Source: Candidatus Woesearchaeota archaeon
Lineage (GTDB): Archaea; Nanobdellota; Nanobdellia; SCGC-AAA011-G17; PNOQ01
DNA length: 64,000 nucleotides
Reading direction: 5' to 3'
Assembly (NCBI GenBank): GCA_964393215.1
Contig: CAYMSW010000001.1
Coordinates: forward strand, 7,236 to 71,235
Shown here: piece by piece, positions 18,466-28,128 of the stretch
Position numbering within the stretch: position 1 is the first letter of the stretch
Layout: each line of letters opens with the position of its first letter
Position numbers and translations under genes: made by a program
Notes under the pieces: generated by a model
Databases searched by the model: none
The model's input: the letters and a program-made list of their open reading frames with translations, nothing else
Told to the model about the DNA's origin: nothing

Positions 18466-18506
18466 ACAACAAAAGTTATATAAACAAAAAATTAAAGGAG
18501 ATAATT

Positions 18507-19553
18507 ATGGCAAGAGTAAAAGAGGTTGATGATAAATTATTCTTTAAAATGCTGGACACAATAGGTGTTAGCGGTAATGAGAGAAATATTAGAAACCTAA
18601 TAAAAAAAGAAATTAGACCTTATGTTGATGAAATTAGGATAGATAATCTTGGAAATCTAATTGCTAGAAAAAAAGGACCTAAACCAAGAATAATGCTAGC
18701 AGCCCATATGGATGAAGTAGGCTTAGCAGTAAGACACATTCATAAATCAGGCAGAGTAGAAATAGAAAAAATTGGTGGAGTAGATAGTTTAACACTTCTA
18801 GGACAACAAATAAGTTTAGATTTAGGAAAGAACAATAAAATAAGAGGAGTAATTTCCTCAGAAGAACTTAGCACCGGCCAAGTAATGGAAGAAATACCAG
18901 AATTGCAACATTTATTCGTGGATACAGGATTAACAAAAAAAGAATTGATAAAGATGGGTGTGGAAAAAGGAACGCCAATAACATTTGATCCAAATTCATG
19001 CTATCTTGGAAAGAAAGACATAGTTATGAGTAAGGCAGTAGACGATAGAGCAGGATGTTTCATACTGATAGAGCTTGCAAAGAGACTCAAAAAAACAAGT
19101 GCAGAGATTTTCTACGTATTCACAGTCCAGGAAGAGATAGGTCTTTACGGAGCAAAAACATCTGCTTACAGTGTAGAACCTGATTGGGGCATAGGTATTG
19201 ACGTTGCAGATGCTGAAGATTATGTACAAGACCCCGTCATAAAAGTCGGAGGGGGCCCAGTACTAACAATAATGGACTCAGAACTAATATCTAACAAATC
19301 AATAAATAAATGGATAGTACAATCTGCAAAAAAAATTAAAGTTCCTATACAAAAAAGCGTTAGTGTAGCAGGAACAACGGATGCAACAGACATAGCACTT
19401 TCCAGAGGCGGAGTTCCAAGCACAGTTTTAGGTGTGGCAGTAAGAAACATGCATTCCGCAGTAAGCGTAGTAAGCATGAGCGATATTGACAGAGCAGTTG
19501 CCATTCTACACGAACTTCTAAAGAACCCAAAAAAGAAAATAGAAGTCAATTAA
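18507..19553 (+). CDS. M42 family (TET-like) aminopeptidase
   Basis: AAHMDEVG, KAVDDRAG, TVQEEIGL.GA, GTTDA, RNMHS; AAGGAG RBS before ATG 18507. Confidence 0.93.
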   Translation: MARVKEVDDKLFFKMLDTIGVSGNERNIRNLIKKEIRPYVDEIRIDNLGNLIARKKGPKPRIMLAAHMDEVGLAVRHIHKSGRVEIEKIGGVDSLTLLGQQISLDLGKNNKIRGVISSEELSTGQVMEEIPELQHLFVDTGLTKKELIKMGVEKGTPITFDPNSCYLGKKDIVMSKAVDDRAGCFILIELAKRLKKTSAEIFYVFTVQEEIGLYGAKTSAYSVEPDWGIGIDVADAEDYVQDPVIKVGGGPVLTIMDSELISNKSINKWIVQSAKKIKVPIQKSVSVAGTTDATDIALSRGGVPSTVLGVAVRNMHSAVSVVSMSDIDRAVAILHELLKNPKKKIEVN

Positions 19554-19563
19554 TTTTCAAAAA

Positions 19564-20670
19564 ATGGTTGAATACGATGAATTAGGACCAGAGAAGATAC
19601 TAGAGGTCTACGATCCAAAAACTGGAATGAAGGGATTTACAGTAATTGACAATACTATCAGAGGCCCAGGAAAGGGAGGAATTAGAATGACTCCTTCTGT
19701 CACAGTAGATGAAGTAGCAAGATTAGCAAGAGCAATGACTTTGAAATGTGCATTGGCAGATCTACATTTTGGTGGAGCAAAATCTGGAATTGTAGCCGAT
19801 GACAGAAAAATGACCAAGAAACAAAAAAACGATATAGTTAAAGCATTTTCTGAAGCTCTAAAAGTTATTTCTCCAACTCACTACGTTGCCGCACCAGATA
19901 TGAACATGGGAGAGCACGAGATGGAAGTTTTTGTAAAACAAAACGGAAATATGAATTCTGCAACAGGAAAGCCAGCACACGTATGTGTTGAACCAGGAGA
20001 AAAGTGCGGATTGCCTCATGAATATGGAAGTACCGGATTCGGTGTAGCAAAAGCAACCCTAGTTGCAATGGAACATCTAAAACTAAAACCAAAAGAAACA
20101 ACAGTAGCAATAGAAGGGTTCGGAAACGTTGGAACTTTCACCATGAAACATCTAGCAGAGAAAGGAACAAAAATAATTGCAGTATCCGATTCAAAAGGAG
20201 TTATTTGCAATAAAGAAGGACTGGATTACAAAAAACTCATGAAAGTAAAAGAAGAAAAAGGAACTGTAACAAAATACAAACCAGGAAGTGTCTTACCAAA
20301 CAGTAGGATTTTTAGTCTAGATGTAGATATTCTAATTCCAGGAGCATTGCCAGATGTAATCAATGAGAAAAATTACAAAAGCATAAAGGCAAAAATATTA
20401 TCCGAGGCAGCAAACATTCCAATGAAATATGAAATAGAAGAAAAGCTGCACAAAAGAGGAGTTCTCATAGTTCCAGACATAATAGCAAACGCAGGCGGAG
20501 TAATAAGCTCTTACGCAGAATATGTTGGTTATAATCCTAAGAAAATGTTCAAATTAGTTGAAAGAAAAATTATAGAAAACACAAAATTAGTACTTGAAAC
20601 TGCAAAAAAGAAAAGAATTTCAACCAGAAAAGCAGCAACAGAAATAGCATTAAAGAGAATAAAAAAATAA
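19564..20670 (+). CDS. gdhA: Glu/Leu/Phe/Val dehydrogenase (probable glutamate dehydrogenase)
   Basis: GPGKGGIR, GGAKSGI, APDMN, GFGNVG, PDIIANAGGV. Confidence 0.9.
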   Translation: MVEYDELGPEKILEVYDPKTGMKGFTVIDNTIRGPGKGGIRMTPSVTVDEVARLARAMTLKCALADLHFGGAKSGIVADDRKMTKKQKNDIVKAFSEALKVISPTHYVAAPDMNMGEHEMEVFVKQNGNMNSATGKPAHVCVEPGEKCGLPHEYGSTGFGVAKATLVAMEHLKLKPKETTVAIEGFGNVGTFTMKHLAEKGTKIIAVSDSKGVICNKEGLDYKKLMKVKEEKGTVTKYKPGSVLPNSRIFSLDVDILIPGALPDVINEKNYKSIKAKILSEAANIPMKYEIEEKLHKRGVLIVPDIIANAGGVISSYAEYVGYNPKKMFKLVERKIIENTKLVLETAKKKRISTRKAATEIALKRIKK

Positions 20671-20701
20671 TTCTTATAAATGCCCAAAAATTCTCAATAA
20701 G

Positions 20702-21409
20702 ATGATAGCCGAACTAAGAAAGGAAATGGAAGAGTGCAGTAATGAAGAAAAAGCTAAACTTTACCAAAGATTCTTCAAAACAGGGCCAGGACAATATGGT
20801 GAAGGAGATGTCTTCATGGGCTTAACAATGCCCGAAACAAGAGCAATATCTTCAAAATATACTGAAATGCCAATTGAAGAAGTTCAAGAATTACTAAACT
20901 CTGAAATTCACGAACATAGAATGTCTGCACTTTTAATTGTAATTCAAAAATACAGAAAAGCTAACAAAGAAGAAAAAAGAAAGCTATACGAATTCTACCT
21001 AAAAAACATGTCAAGAATAAACAACTGGGATTTAATAGATGTAACTGCCTCTCATGTAGTTGGAGATTTCCTGTTCAATAACAAAGAAGAAAAAGAAATG
21101 TTATACAAATTAGCAAAATCTAATGATTTATGGGAAAAAAGAATATCAGTAATTTCAACATTCAGATTCATAAAAGAAAATGAATTCGAAGATTCAATAA
21201 ATATTTCAGAAATATTGTTAAATGACAAACATGACTTAATCCATAAAGCAGTTGGTTGGATGCTCAGAGAGATTGGAAAGAAAGATCAAGAAATTGAAGA
21301 AGAATTCCTAAGAAAATATCATAAAACAATGCCAAGAACAATGCTTAGATATTCACTAGAAAAATTCACAAAAGATAAAAAAGACTTTTACATGGGAAGA
21401 ACAAAATGA
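20702..21409 (+). CDS. DNA alkylation repair enzyme (AlkD-like)
   Basis: FFKTGPGQYGEGD, NNWDLID, HKAVGWMLRE, MPRTMLRY. Confidence 0.9.
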   Translation: MIAELRKEMEECSNEEKAKLYQRFFKTGPGQYGEGDVFMGLTMPETRAISSKYTEMPIEEVQELLNSEIHEHRMSALLIVIQKYRKANKEEKRKLYEFYLKNMSRINNWDLIDVTASHVVGDFLFNNKEEKEMLYKLAKSNDLWEKRISVISTFRFIKENEFEDSINISEILLNDKHDLIHKAVGWMLREIGKKDQEIEEEFLRKYHKTMPRTMLRYSLEKFTKDKKDFYMGRTK

Positions 21410-22053
21410 AGGCAAAAATAAAGAACATAAAACAAGAAACTCCAGAAATTAAGATATTCACAATAGCTCTTGAAAAAGAAATAGAATTCAAACCAGGGCA
21501 GTTCATAAAATTAGTTTTACCTAAAGAAAAAATAGGAAGGCCATTCTCAGTTTCATCAAAAGGAGGAAAACATAAAGAAATACAACTAACAATAAAAATT
21601 TACGAAGATGGAACATTTACACCTAAATTGAGCGAACTAAAAAAAGGAAGCGAAGTAGAAATAGAAGGTCCATATGGTAAATTTTTCTTTGCTGACAAAA
21701 CAGGAAAAGATGTAGTTCTAATTGCAGGTGGAACAGGAGTAAGTACGCTGCATTCAATTTTCAGATATATAATAGATAATAAACTAAAAAACAAAATTAC
21801 TCTGCTTTACAGCGTGGGAACAAAAAAGGATTTAGCATACAAAAAAGAATTTGAAAAGGAAAAAATAGATTTCAGACCAAACTTCACCAGAGAAAAAGGT
21901 GGAAAAAGATTTGAAATGAAAGATTTTAAAGATCTAAATAAAGAGTCATTCTTCTACATAGTCGGCCCACCTGCATTTGTAAAAGACATGATAGAAATAT
22001 TGAAAAAACTAAAAATAAAAAGGGAAAACATCAAAACGGAGATGTATGGATAA
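21406..22053 (+). CDS. FNR-like FAD/NAD(P)-binding oxidoreductase
   Basis: FKPGQF, RPFS, GPYG, IAGGTG, VGPP motifs. Confidence 0.88.
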   Translation: MKAKIKNIKQETPEIKIFTIALEKEIEFKPGQFIKLVLPKEKIGRPFSVSSKGGKHKEIQLTIKIYEDGTFTPKLSELKKGSEVEIEGPYGKFFFADKTGKDVVLIAGGTGVSTLHSIFRYIIDNKLKNKITLLYSVGTKKDLAYKKEFEKEKIDFRPNFTREKGGKRFEMKDFKDLNKESFFYIVGPPAFVKDMIEILKKLKIKRENIKTEMYG

Positions 22054-22055
22054 AA

Positions 22056-22187
22056 ATGCCAGACGAATACGGAAAAAGAAAATCAAAAGGTGACAAAAAA
22101 GCAAAGTCAAGGTACAATTCGAAATATAAGAAGGGCGGAAAAAGAAGAGCTGGAAAAATAAAGGAAGATAAATTTAAATCTTCTTAA
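22056..22187 (+). CDS. Small Lys/Arg-rich protein, 43 aa (below the ORF-track cutoff)
   Basis: ATG 2 nt after the upstream stop; MPDEYGKRKSKGDKKAKSRYNSKYKKGGKRRAGKIKEDKFKSS; fills the gap to elp3. Confidence 0.5.
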   Translation: MPDEYGKRKSKGDKKAKSRYNSKYKKGGKRRAGKIKEDKFKSS

Positions 22188-23550
22188 CCATATAAGGTCC
22201 TTCTAGAACATAACCTAGATTTCTATAATAATCTCTAACTCCAACTCCAGAAATAACAACAATTTTATTTAGACCATTTTGTTTTGCAACTTCTTCAGCC
22301 CTTAACATAAGCTTTTTACCAAGCCCTTTATGTTGTGCTTCGACCTCTTTATCAGAACCAATCTCAACCTGTTTTCCATAAATGTGTAGTTCTCTAACTA
22401 ATAAAGTCTTATCAGTAATTTCCTTTCTAAATGGTTTTCCAGGAATTCTTAGTCTCAACAAACCAAACAAACAGTTCTCGCTTTCAAAACTAATAAAAAA
22501 CTCTTTTCCACCACTAGCATTGTACTCAAGAACTTTTAATTCAGGTTCACCAACACTATTATTTAAACCGACTTCTCTACATCTAATACACTTACATTTC
22601 AAACCCATATCTTTCATTCTATCTGCCAAAGAAGTTCTAGAATTGGATCTTATTTTCCCTGATTTTATATCTCTATGATCAAACTGTCTCATAATTCTCA
22701 TAATTCTACAATATTCAGGAACGCTTTCTTTCATATTGCAAATTAAATCCAGCATATCAATTTCGTCGTATAATTCAAACTCTCCTCTCTGATGCATAAC
22801 ATACAAAGGAGTGTTTTCCATTATTTGTAAAGGATAAATTTTCAACTGATCAGGTTTAAATCCAGAATCACCGAACAATTGTTTAAACTTCTCCAAATCA
22901 TTTTTAATATTAGAGCCAGGCAAACCAGGCATTATATGATAACCAACCTTAAATCCAGAGTCTTTCAACAAGCGAGTTGCCTTTTCAACATCTGCAACAG
23001 TATGGCCTCTATTAACAATTCCATAGACTTTATCATCAATTACCTGCACACCCAATTCTACACGAGTACAACCAAATTCTAACATCTTATTTATGTGTTT
23101 TTCAAAAGCCCAATCAGGTTTTGTTTCAATACATAAAGCAACACACCGATTATCAGCAGCCTCATTTATTTTCTTAGCTTCTTCTAAATCTTTAGATTCT
23201 TTCTCATTCAAAGCATCAAAAACTTTCTTTGTGAATTCATATTGATAGTCTTCTGGATAAGCCAAAAAAGTACCACCCAAATAAATCATTTCAATTTTAG
23301 AAGTGGGATGACCCATATGTTTGAAAGCCCTCAACCTAGCTTCAATCTGTTTAGAAGGATCATAATTCAAAGCCATAGCTCGCATTATTGCGGGGCTTCT
23401 AGTTGTATAACTATTTGGAGTATCTCCACCACCCGGACAATAGATACATCTCCCATGTGGACATTTGTAAGGCATAGTTACAACAGTCAAAGGTGTAACT
23501 CCTGACTTAGTCCTTATTGGCTTCTTAACTCCACTTGTATTCTGTGTCAT
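22174..23550 (-). CDS. elp3: Elp3 tRNA U34 modification enzyme (radical SAM + GNAT)
   Basis: CPHGRCIYCPGG, GGTF, ETKPD, RELHIYG, QHKGLG, ISGVGVRDYY. Confidence 0.95.
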   Translation of the reverse strand: MTQNTSGVKKPIRTKSGVTPLTVVTMPYKCPHGRCIYCPGGGDTPNSYTTRSPAIMRAMALNYDPSKQIEARLRAFKHMGHPTSKIEMIYLGGTFLAYPEDYQYEFTKKVFDALNEKESKDLEEAKKINEAADNRCVALCIETKPDWAFEKHINKMLEFGCTRVELGVQVIDDKVYGIVNRGHTVADVEKATRLLKDSGFKVGYHIMPGLPGSNIKNDLEKFKQLFGDSGFKPDQLKIYPLQIMENTPLYVMHQRGEFELYDEIDMLDLICNMKESVPEYCRIMRIMRQFDHRDIKSGKIRSNSRTSLADRMKDMGLKCKCIRCREVGLNNSVGEPELKVLEYNASGGKEFFISFESENCLFGLLRLRIPGKPFRKEITDKTLLVRELHIYGKQVEIGSDKEVEAQHKGLGKKLMLRAEEVAKQNGLNKIVVISGVGVRDYYRNLGYVLEGPYMVKKI

Positions 23551-23600
23551 AATTTCAAGCCTAACCCAAGACTTTTAAATTCATCGAATTGAACAAAAAC

Positions 23601-24197
23601 ATGGAAAGAGACGTTTGGAATGCAATATCACCAGCATGGGATAGATTCAGAAAAAAACCCTTCCCAAAAACGGTAACAGAATTAGCAAGCAAATGGAAAC
23701 CCGGGAAAGTTTTAGATCTCGGATGCGGAAATGCAAGAAATTTAGTTCCATTTTCAGAAAAAGGATTTGAATGTTATGGCGTAGATTTTAGTGAAGAGAT
23801 GATTAAGCTAGCCAAAAAAAGATTAAAAGCAGAGTTCAAACTTGGAGATATTCTAGAAATCCCTTACAAAGACGATAATTTTGATTACATAATCTGTGTA
23901 GCAGCATTCCACCACGTAAAAAAAGTTGATCAAGAAAAAGGATTGCAAGAAATTAAAAGAGTTCTAAAACCGAATGGAAAATTATACATAACTGGATGGA
24001 ATAAATGGCAAAAAGGCAAATTCTTCCTAAAAAAAGAAGCAAACATTCCTTGGAAAATGAAAGACAAAACGTACGATAGATACAATTACCTATTCAACTA
24101 CTTAGAACTAAAAAAACTAGTCAAGAAATCAGGATTTAATATTGAAAAAATAAGTGGTATGTTTGGTAAAAATATTGAAGTTTTAGCTTCAAATTAA
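23601..24197 (+). CDS. Class I SAM-dependent methyltransferase
   Basis: VLDLGCGNAR, GVDFS, RVLKPNG. Confidence 0.88.
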   Translation: MERDVWNAISPAWDRFRKKPFPKTVTELASKWKPGKVLDLGCGNARNLVPFSEKGFECYGVDFSEEMIKLAKKRLKAEFKLGDILEIPYKDDNFDYIICVAAFHHVKKVDQEKGLQEIKRVLKPNGKLYITGWNKWQKGKFFLKKEANIPWKMKDKTYDRYNYLFNYLELKKLVKKSGFNIEKISGMFGKNIEVLASN

Positions 24198-24299
24198 ACC
24201 AACTTCTACCAATCTTCCAGCCAAAACCATAGTATCGCCATCATACTCCTGTTCTGCCAATTCCACATACCATTTTCCAATAGATTCCATTACTTCCAT
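24189..24299 (-). CDS. Small acidic protein, 36 aa (below the ORF-track cutoff)
   Basis: MEVMESIGKWYVELAEQEYDGDTMVLAGRLVEVGLI; strong RBS GAGGTGA (plus-strand tcacctc 24304-24310) 4 nt before the ATG. Confidence 0.6.
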   Translation of the reverse strand: MEVMESIGKWYVELAEQEYDGDTMVLAGRLVEVGLI

Positions 24300-24450
24300 T
24301 TTATCACCTCGGAAATAATATGTGAAGAATTACTTAAATAGCTCACGCGCGCCCATGTCAAGATGTCAAAGAATATCTATCCATAACATCCCGTATAACA
24401 AAGCAGTCTAATTTAGACACTTTTATATATCTAAATACAAAATAAATACC

Positions 24451-24664
24451 ATGCGAAAAACTCCCATGAGATGTCCAAAATGTAATACAATTCGCACGTA
24501 TTTTGTATGATAGACTTATAGCAGGAGATGGAATTTCAGAGATGACTGATTCAGAAATAAGATCGGCTTCAGCATATGGAGATTATCTTGAAAATGGGAT
24601 AACGGATGAGACCTTGCGTGCTTATGTAATTTATAAAGCAAATGACCCTTCTAGATGTGAATAA
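24451..24664 (+). pseudogene. Possible frameshifted small gene remnant (CPKC zinc-knuckle start)
   Basis: MRKTPMRCPKCNTIRTYFV* (24451-24510) overlaps a second open frame LYDRLIAG...DPSRCE* (24503-24664). Confidence 0.3.
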
Positions 24665-24983
24665 AATTATGGAAATTATACAAGTGAATCTCGGAATTCT
24701 GGGATTGATTTTTGATATTCTTGGAGTCCTTATCATTATATTTACTGAAATTATAAATCCCTTTTATGGCAGGAGAGAGGACGTAAAGTGGTGGAGTGGA
24801 AAGAAATATTGGTGGAATGCTTGGAGGCCCTTTTATAAAAATACTCAAACTTTAAAGTGGGTAACAAAATGGAACCATAAACCAGTTGTTGAAGGCATAA
24901 TTCCTCCCAAATATAAATTAGAATTTTTTGGTATATTATTAATTATTATTGGGTTCATATTGCATATTCTTTTATTTATTTAA
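24642..24983 (+). CDS. Hypothetical two-TM membrane protein with a Trp-rich loop
   Basis: LGLIFDILGVLII and GILLIIIGFILHIL TM segments; real start may be ATG 24669. Confidence 0.6.
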   Translation: MTLLDVNKIMEIIQVNLGILGLIFDILGVLIIIFTEIINPFYGRREDVKWWSGKKYWWNAWRPFYKNTQTLKWVTKWNHKPVVEGIIPPKYKLEFFGILLIIIGFILHILLFI

Positions 24984-25016
24984 TTAAACATGAATTTCCC
25001 ATATAATCCCTAAACT

Positions 25017-25907
25017 TCAACCCCTCCGCAACAATCTCAACATAATAGCTTTCTCAATATGTTCACGATTCTCAGCCTGATCTAATATCACACTACGAGG
25101 ACTATCCATAACTTCATCAGTCACTTCCATGCCCCTCTTAGCAGGCAAACAGTGCATAAACAAAGCTTTTCGACCAAAAGTCTTAGAATTAACTTGATAT
25201 TTCTTCAAAGCCTTCAACCTTCTCTTCATCTGACTATCTTTAATGTGATAAGACATCCAAGAATCAGAATAAACTACATCAGCACCTTTCAAAGCTTCTT
25301 TTAAACTAACAACTTTCACACCAGTTTCTTTCACAATCTTAGAATTAGGCATAAACTCTTTAGATTTGGGACAAGCAATCTGCATCTTAACGCCCAACTT
25401 CTTAGAAGCATACATCAAAGAATGAGTAACATTGTTATTAGCATCTCCCAAATAAGCCAACTTAACATTAAATGATCTAAGCTTCTCTTTGATAGTTAAC
25501 ATATCCCCTAAAGCTTGACAAGGATGATATGAATTAGTCAAACCATTAATAACTGGAGAAGAAGAATACTTTGCAAACTCTTCAATATCTTTATGTTCAT
25601 ACAAACGAGCCATAACAATATCAACATAACGAGTAGAAACTGCTGCGCCGTCCTTTATACTTTCTTTCTTGCCCAAAGGACTTGTAGAAATGTCATAAAA
25701 TATTGCATGTCCACCAAGACCCAACATTCCAGCTTCAAAACTCAAACGAGTTCTCAAACTTGGCTTTGCAAACAACATAAGAAGAGTTTTGCCTTTCAAC
25801 TTGTTTTCATATCTTCCAGGATACTTCTTTACCCTTTTACCTAAACTAATCATACTTTTCAATTCTTTTGAGCTAAAATCCTTCAAAGTCAAGAAGTGTT
25901 TCATCAA
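25017..25907 (-). CDS. argF: Ornithine carbamoyltransferase
   Basis: KPSLRTR, HPCQALGD, FMHCLPA, QAENR. Confidence 0.93.
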   Translation of the reverse strand: MMKHFLTLKDFSSKELKSMISLGKRVKKYPGRYENKLKGKTLLMLFAKPSLRTRLSFEAGMLGLGGHAIFYDISTSPLGKKESIKDGAAVSTRYVDIVMARLYEHKDIEEFAKYSSSPVINGLTNSYHPCQALGDMLTIKEKLRSFNVKLAYLGDANNNVTHSLMYASKKLGVKMQIACPKSKEFMPNSKIVKETGVKVVSLKEALKGADVVYSDSWMSYHIKDSQMKRRLKALKKYQVNSKTFGRKALFMHCLPAKRGMEVTDEVMDSPRSVILDQAENREHIEKAIMLRLLRRG

Positions 25908-27202
25908 TAAAACCTCCTTAACAATTTCTCTAAAACCTTAACACTATCATCACCAAGCTCATAATTAACTTCAACCATTGGTTTGTTCACAGAAATTAAT
26001 CCCCTCAAATTTGCAGGAGTACCATCCACAACAACATCAGCAGGAACTCTATTAACTGTCTTTTCCAATTCCTTTATTTGCTTTCTACTATATCCCATTG
26101 CAGGAATTTCATAAGTCAAATGTGGAAACTTATCAAATGTTTCTCTTATAGAACCAACAGCATGTTTCTTAGGATTAACAAACTTTCCACCATTTCTTTT
26201 CACAGCAATAGTTCCGGCACCATAACTCATTCCACCATGGGACAAAGTTGGACCATCACCAATAACTGCACACCTCTTTCCCCTAATTAAACTAGGCTTA
26301 CTGACCAACAATTTAGATTTGGCCAAAATAACTTTCGCCTTAGGATTATATTTTCTAATATTTTCCTTAACAACTTCAATATCTTTCTTCATTGCACTAT
26401 CAATCTTATTTATCACAATAACATCGGCCATTAAGAAATTAACAAAACCAGGATAGTGTGTTAACTCATCTCCGGCCCTATGTGGATCAACAACAGTTAT
26501 CAACAGATCAGGTTTTATGAAAGAAACATCATTATTTCCACCATCAAATACAATAACATCTGCCTCCTTCTCGGCCCTACCTAAAATCTCTTTGTAATCA
26601 AAACCAGCATATATAACAAAACCATGATTAATCCAGGGTTGATACTCTTCCTCTTCCTCAATAGTTGTTCTATGTTTTCTGAAATCAGATTCTTTCTCAA
26701 ACCTCTGCGAAGTCTGCTTCAACAAATTACCGTAGGGCATAGAATGTCTAATGCCAACAACGTTCTTTCCTTTCTTTCTAAGAATCTCGGCAACAGCTCT
26801 TGAAGTTTGACTCTTTCCAGAACCAGTTCTAACTGCAGTAACTGCTACAACAGGCCTTCTCGATTTAACATAAATATCCTCAGCACCCAACAAACCAAAA
26901 TTAGCACCAGCAGCTAAAACCTTAGAAGCAAATTCCATAACGTATTGATGGCCCAAGTCAGAATAACTCAAAAAGACAAAATCAATTTTCAACTTCTTAA
27001 TTAACATAGCCAACTTAGATTCAGAATAAATAGGAATTCTCTTTCCTTTTGCCAACTTACTTGGAAAACTTCTTTTCTCGATTCCAGGTATTTGTGCAGC
27101 AGTAAACGCAACAACTTCATAAGTTGGATTATTCTTGAAATAAACTAAATAATTGTGAAAATCCCTACCGCCAGCACCAGATATTATAACTCTTTTTTTC
27201 AT
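25904..27202 (-). CDS. P-loop NTPase of the cyclic 2,3-diphosphoglycerate synthetase-like family; probable arginine synthetase (ArcE-like) from context
   Basis: GAGGRDFHN, AVRTGSGKSQ, RHSMPYG, TIEEEEEY, DGGNND, DGPTLSHGGM; lies between carbamate kinase and OTC. Confidence 0.78.
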   Translation of the reverse strand: MKKRVIISGAGGRDFHNYLVYFKNNPTYEVVAFTAAQIPGIEKRSFPSKLAKGKRIPIYSESKLAMLIKKLKIDFVFLSYSDLGHQYVMEFASKVLAAGANFGLLGAEDIYVKSRRPVVAVTAVRTGSGKSQTSRAVAEILRKKGKNVVGIRHSMPYGNLLKQTSQRFEKESDFRKHRTTIEEEEEYQPWINHGFVIYAGFDYKEILGRAEKEADVIVFDGGNNDVSFIKPDLLITVVDPHRAGDELTHYPGFVNFLMADVIVINKIDSAMKKDIEVVKENIRKYNPKAKVILAKSKLLVSKPSLIRGKRCAVIGDGPTLSHGGMSYGAGTIAVKRNGGKFVNPKKHAVGSIRETFDKFPHLTYEIPAMGYSRKQIKELEKTVNRVPADVVVDGTPANLRGLISVNKPMVEVNYELGDDSVKVLEKLLRRFY

Positions 27203-28128
27203 TTTGTTATTGTAGTTCCAGCAAAACCACCAATTGCTTTTGAAATATTATTTGGATCAGTTATTATGACTTTCTTGCCACCCTTTTTCAAAAACTCTAC
27301 AGCAGACATTATCTTTGGAGCCATACTTCCCTCAGCAAAATGTCCTTCATCCAAGTAAGCTATTGCTTCTTTCAATTTGACTTTATTTAAACCTTTTTGA
27401 TTCTTTTTCCTAAAATTCAAATAAGCTCTATCAATACTGGTAACCAAGAGAAGTACATCTGCTTTAACTTGCTTAGCCAAAACACTGCTGGCTAAATCCT
27501 TATCTATAACTGCTTCAACACCAACAAGTTTACCATTCCTTTTGTAAACAGGAATTCCACCACCCCCAGTCGCAATAACAATTATTCCTTTCCTAACTAA
27601 ACCTTTTATTGTTTTAGCCTCAACAATACCAAGAGGATAAGGACTTGCAACAAACCTCCTATAACCCCTACCAGAATCTTCTTTATACACGAAACCTTTC
27701 TTTTTCATCTTACCAACTTGCTTCTTTGTATAAAATGGACCAACTGGCTTGCTAGGTTTTCTAAAAGCTTTATCTTTCCTGTCAACCAAGACTTGGGTCA
27801 ATAAAGTAACAACAGACTTCTTCAACCTATGATCATTCAAAGTATTCAACAAAGTTTGCTCAATCATATATCCAAGCTGACCTTGAACTTCAGCATCTAA
27901 CACATCCAAGGGCATAACTGGAACTTTGCCCTTAGACAATTCATTCTGCAGCAACAAAGCACCAGCTTGAGGACCGGAACCATGAGTAATTACTAAATTG
28001 TGTTTCTTCTTAACCAAATCTGCCAAAATTATAGAAATCTTCTTCAAACTATCAAGAGTACTCTTATAATCACTCTTTCCTTTTTTTGATGTTAATGCAT
28101 TGCCACCAAGTGCAACAACTATCTTCAT
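27199..28128 (-). CDS. arcC: Carbamate kinase
   Basis: ALGGNAL, THGSGPQ, KPVGPFY, EDSGRGYRRFVASP, GGGGIPV, EAVIDKD, GSMAPK. Confidence 0.95.
   Translation of the reverse strand: MKIVVALGGNALTSKKGKSDYKSTLDSLKKISIILADLVKKKHNLVITHGSGPQAGALLLQNELSKGKVPVMPLDVLDAEVQGQLGYMIEQTLLNTLNDHRLKKSVVTLLTQVLVDRKDKAFRKPSKPVGPFYTKKQVGKMKKKGFVYKEDSGRGYRRFVASPYPLGIVEAKTIKGLVRKGIIVIATGGGGIPVYKRNGKLVGVEAVIDKDLASSVLAKQVKADVLLLVTSIDRAYLNFRKKNQKGLNKVKLKEAIAYLDEGHFAEGSMAPKIMSAVEFLKKGGKKVIITDPNNISKAIGGFAGTTITK

Noticed and set aside
18306..18506. N-terminal extension of the M42 peptidase ORF
   Set aside because: Overlaps the upstream membrane gene; the RBS and family N-terminus support ATG 18507
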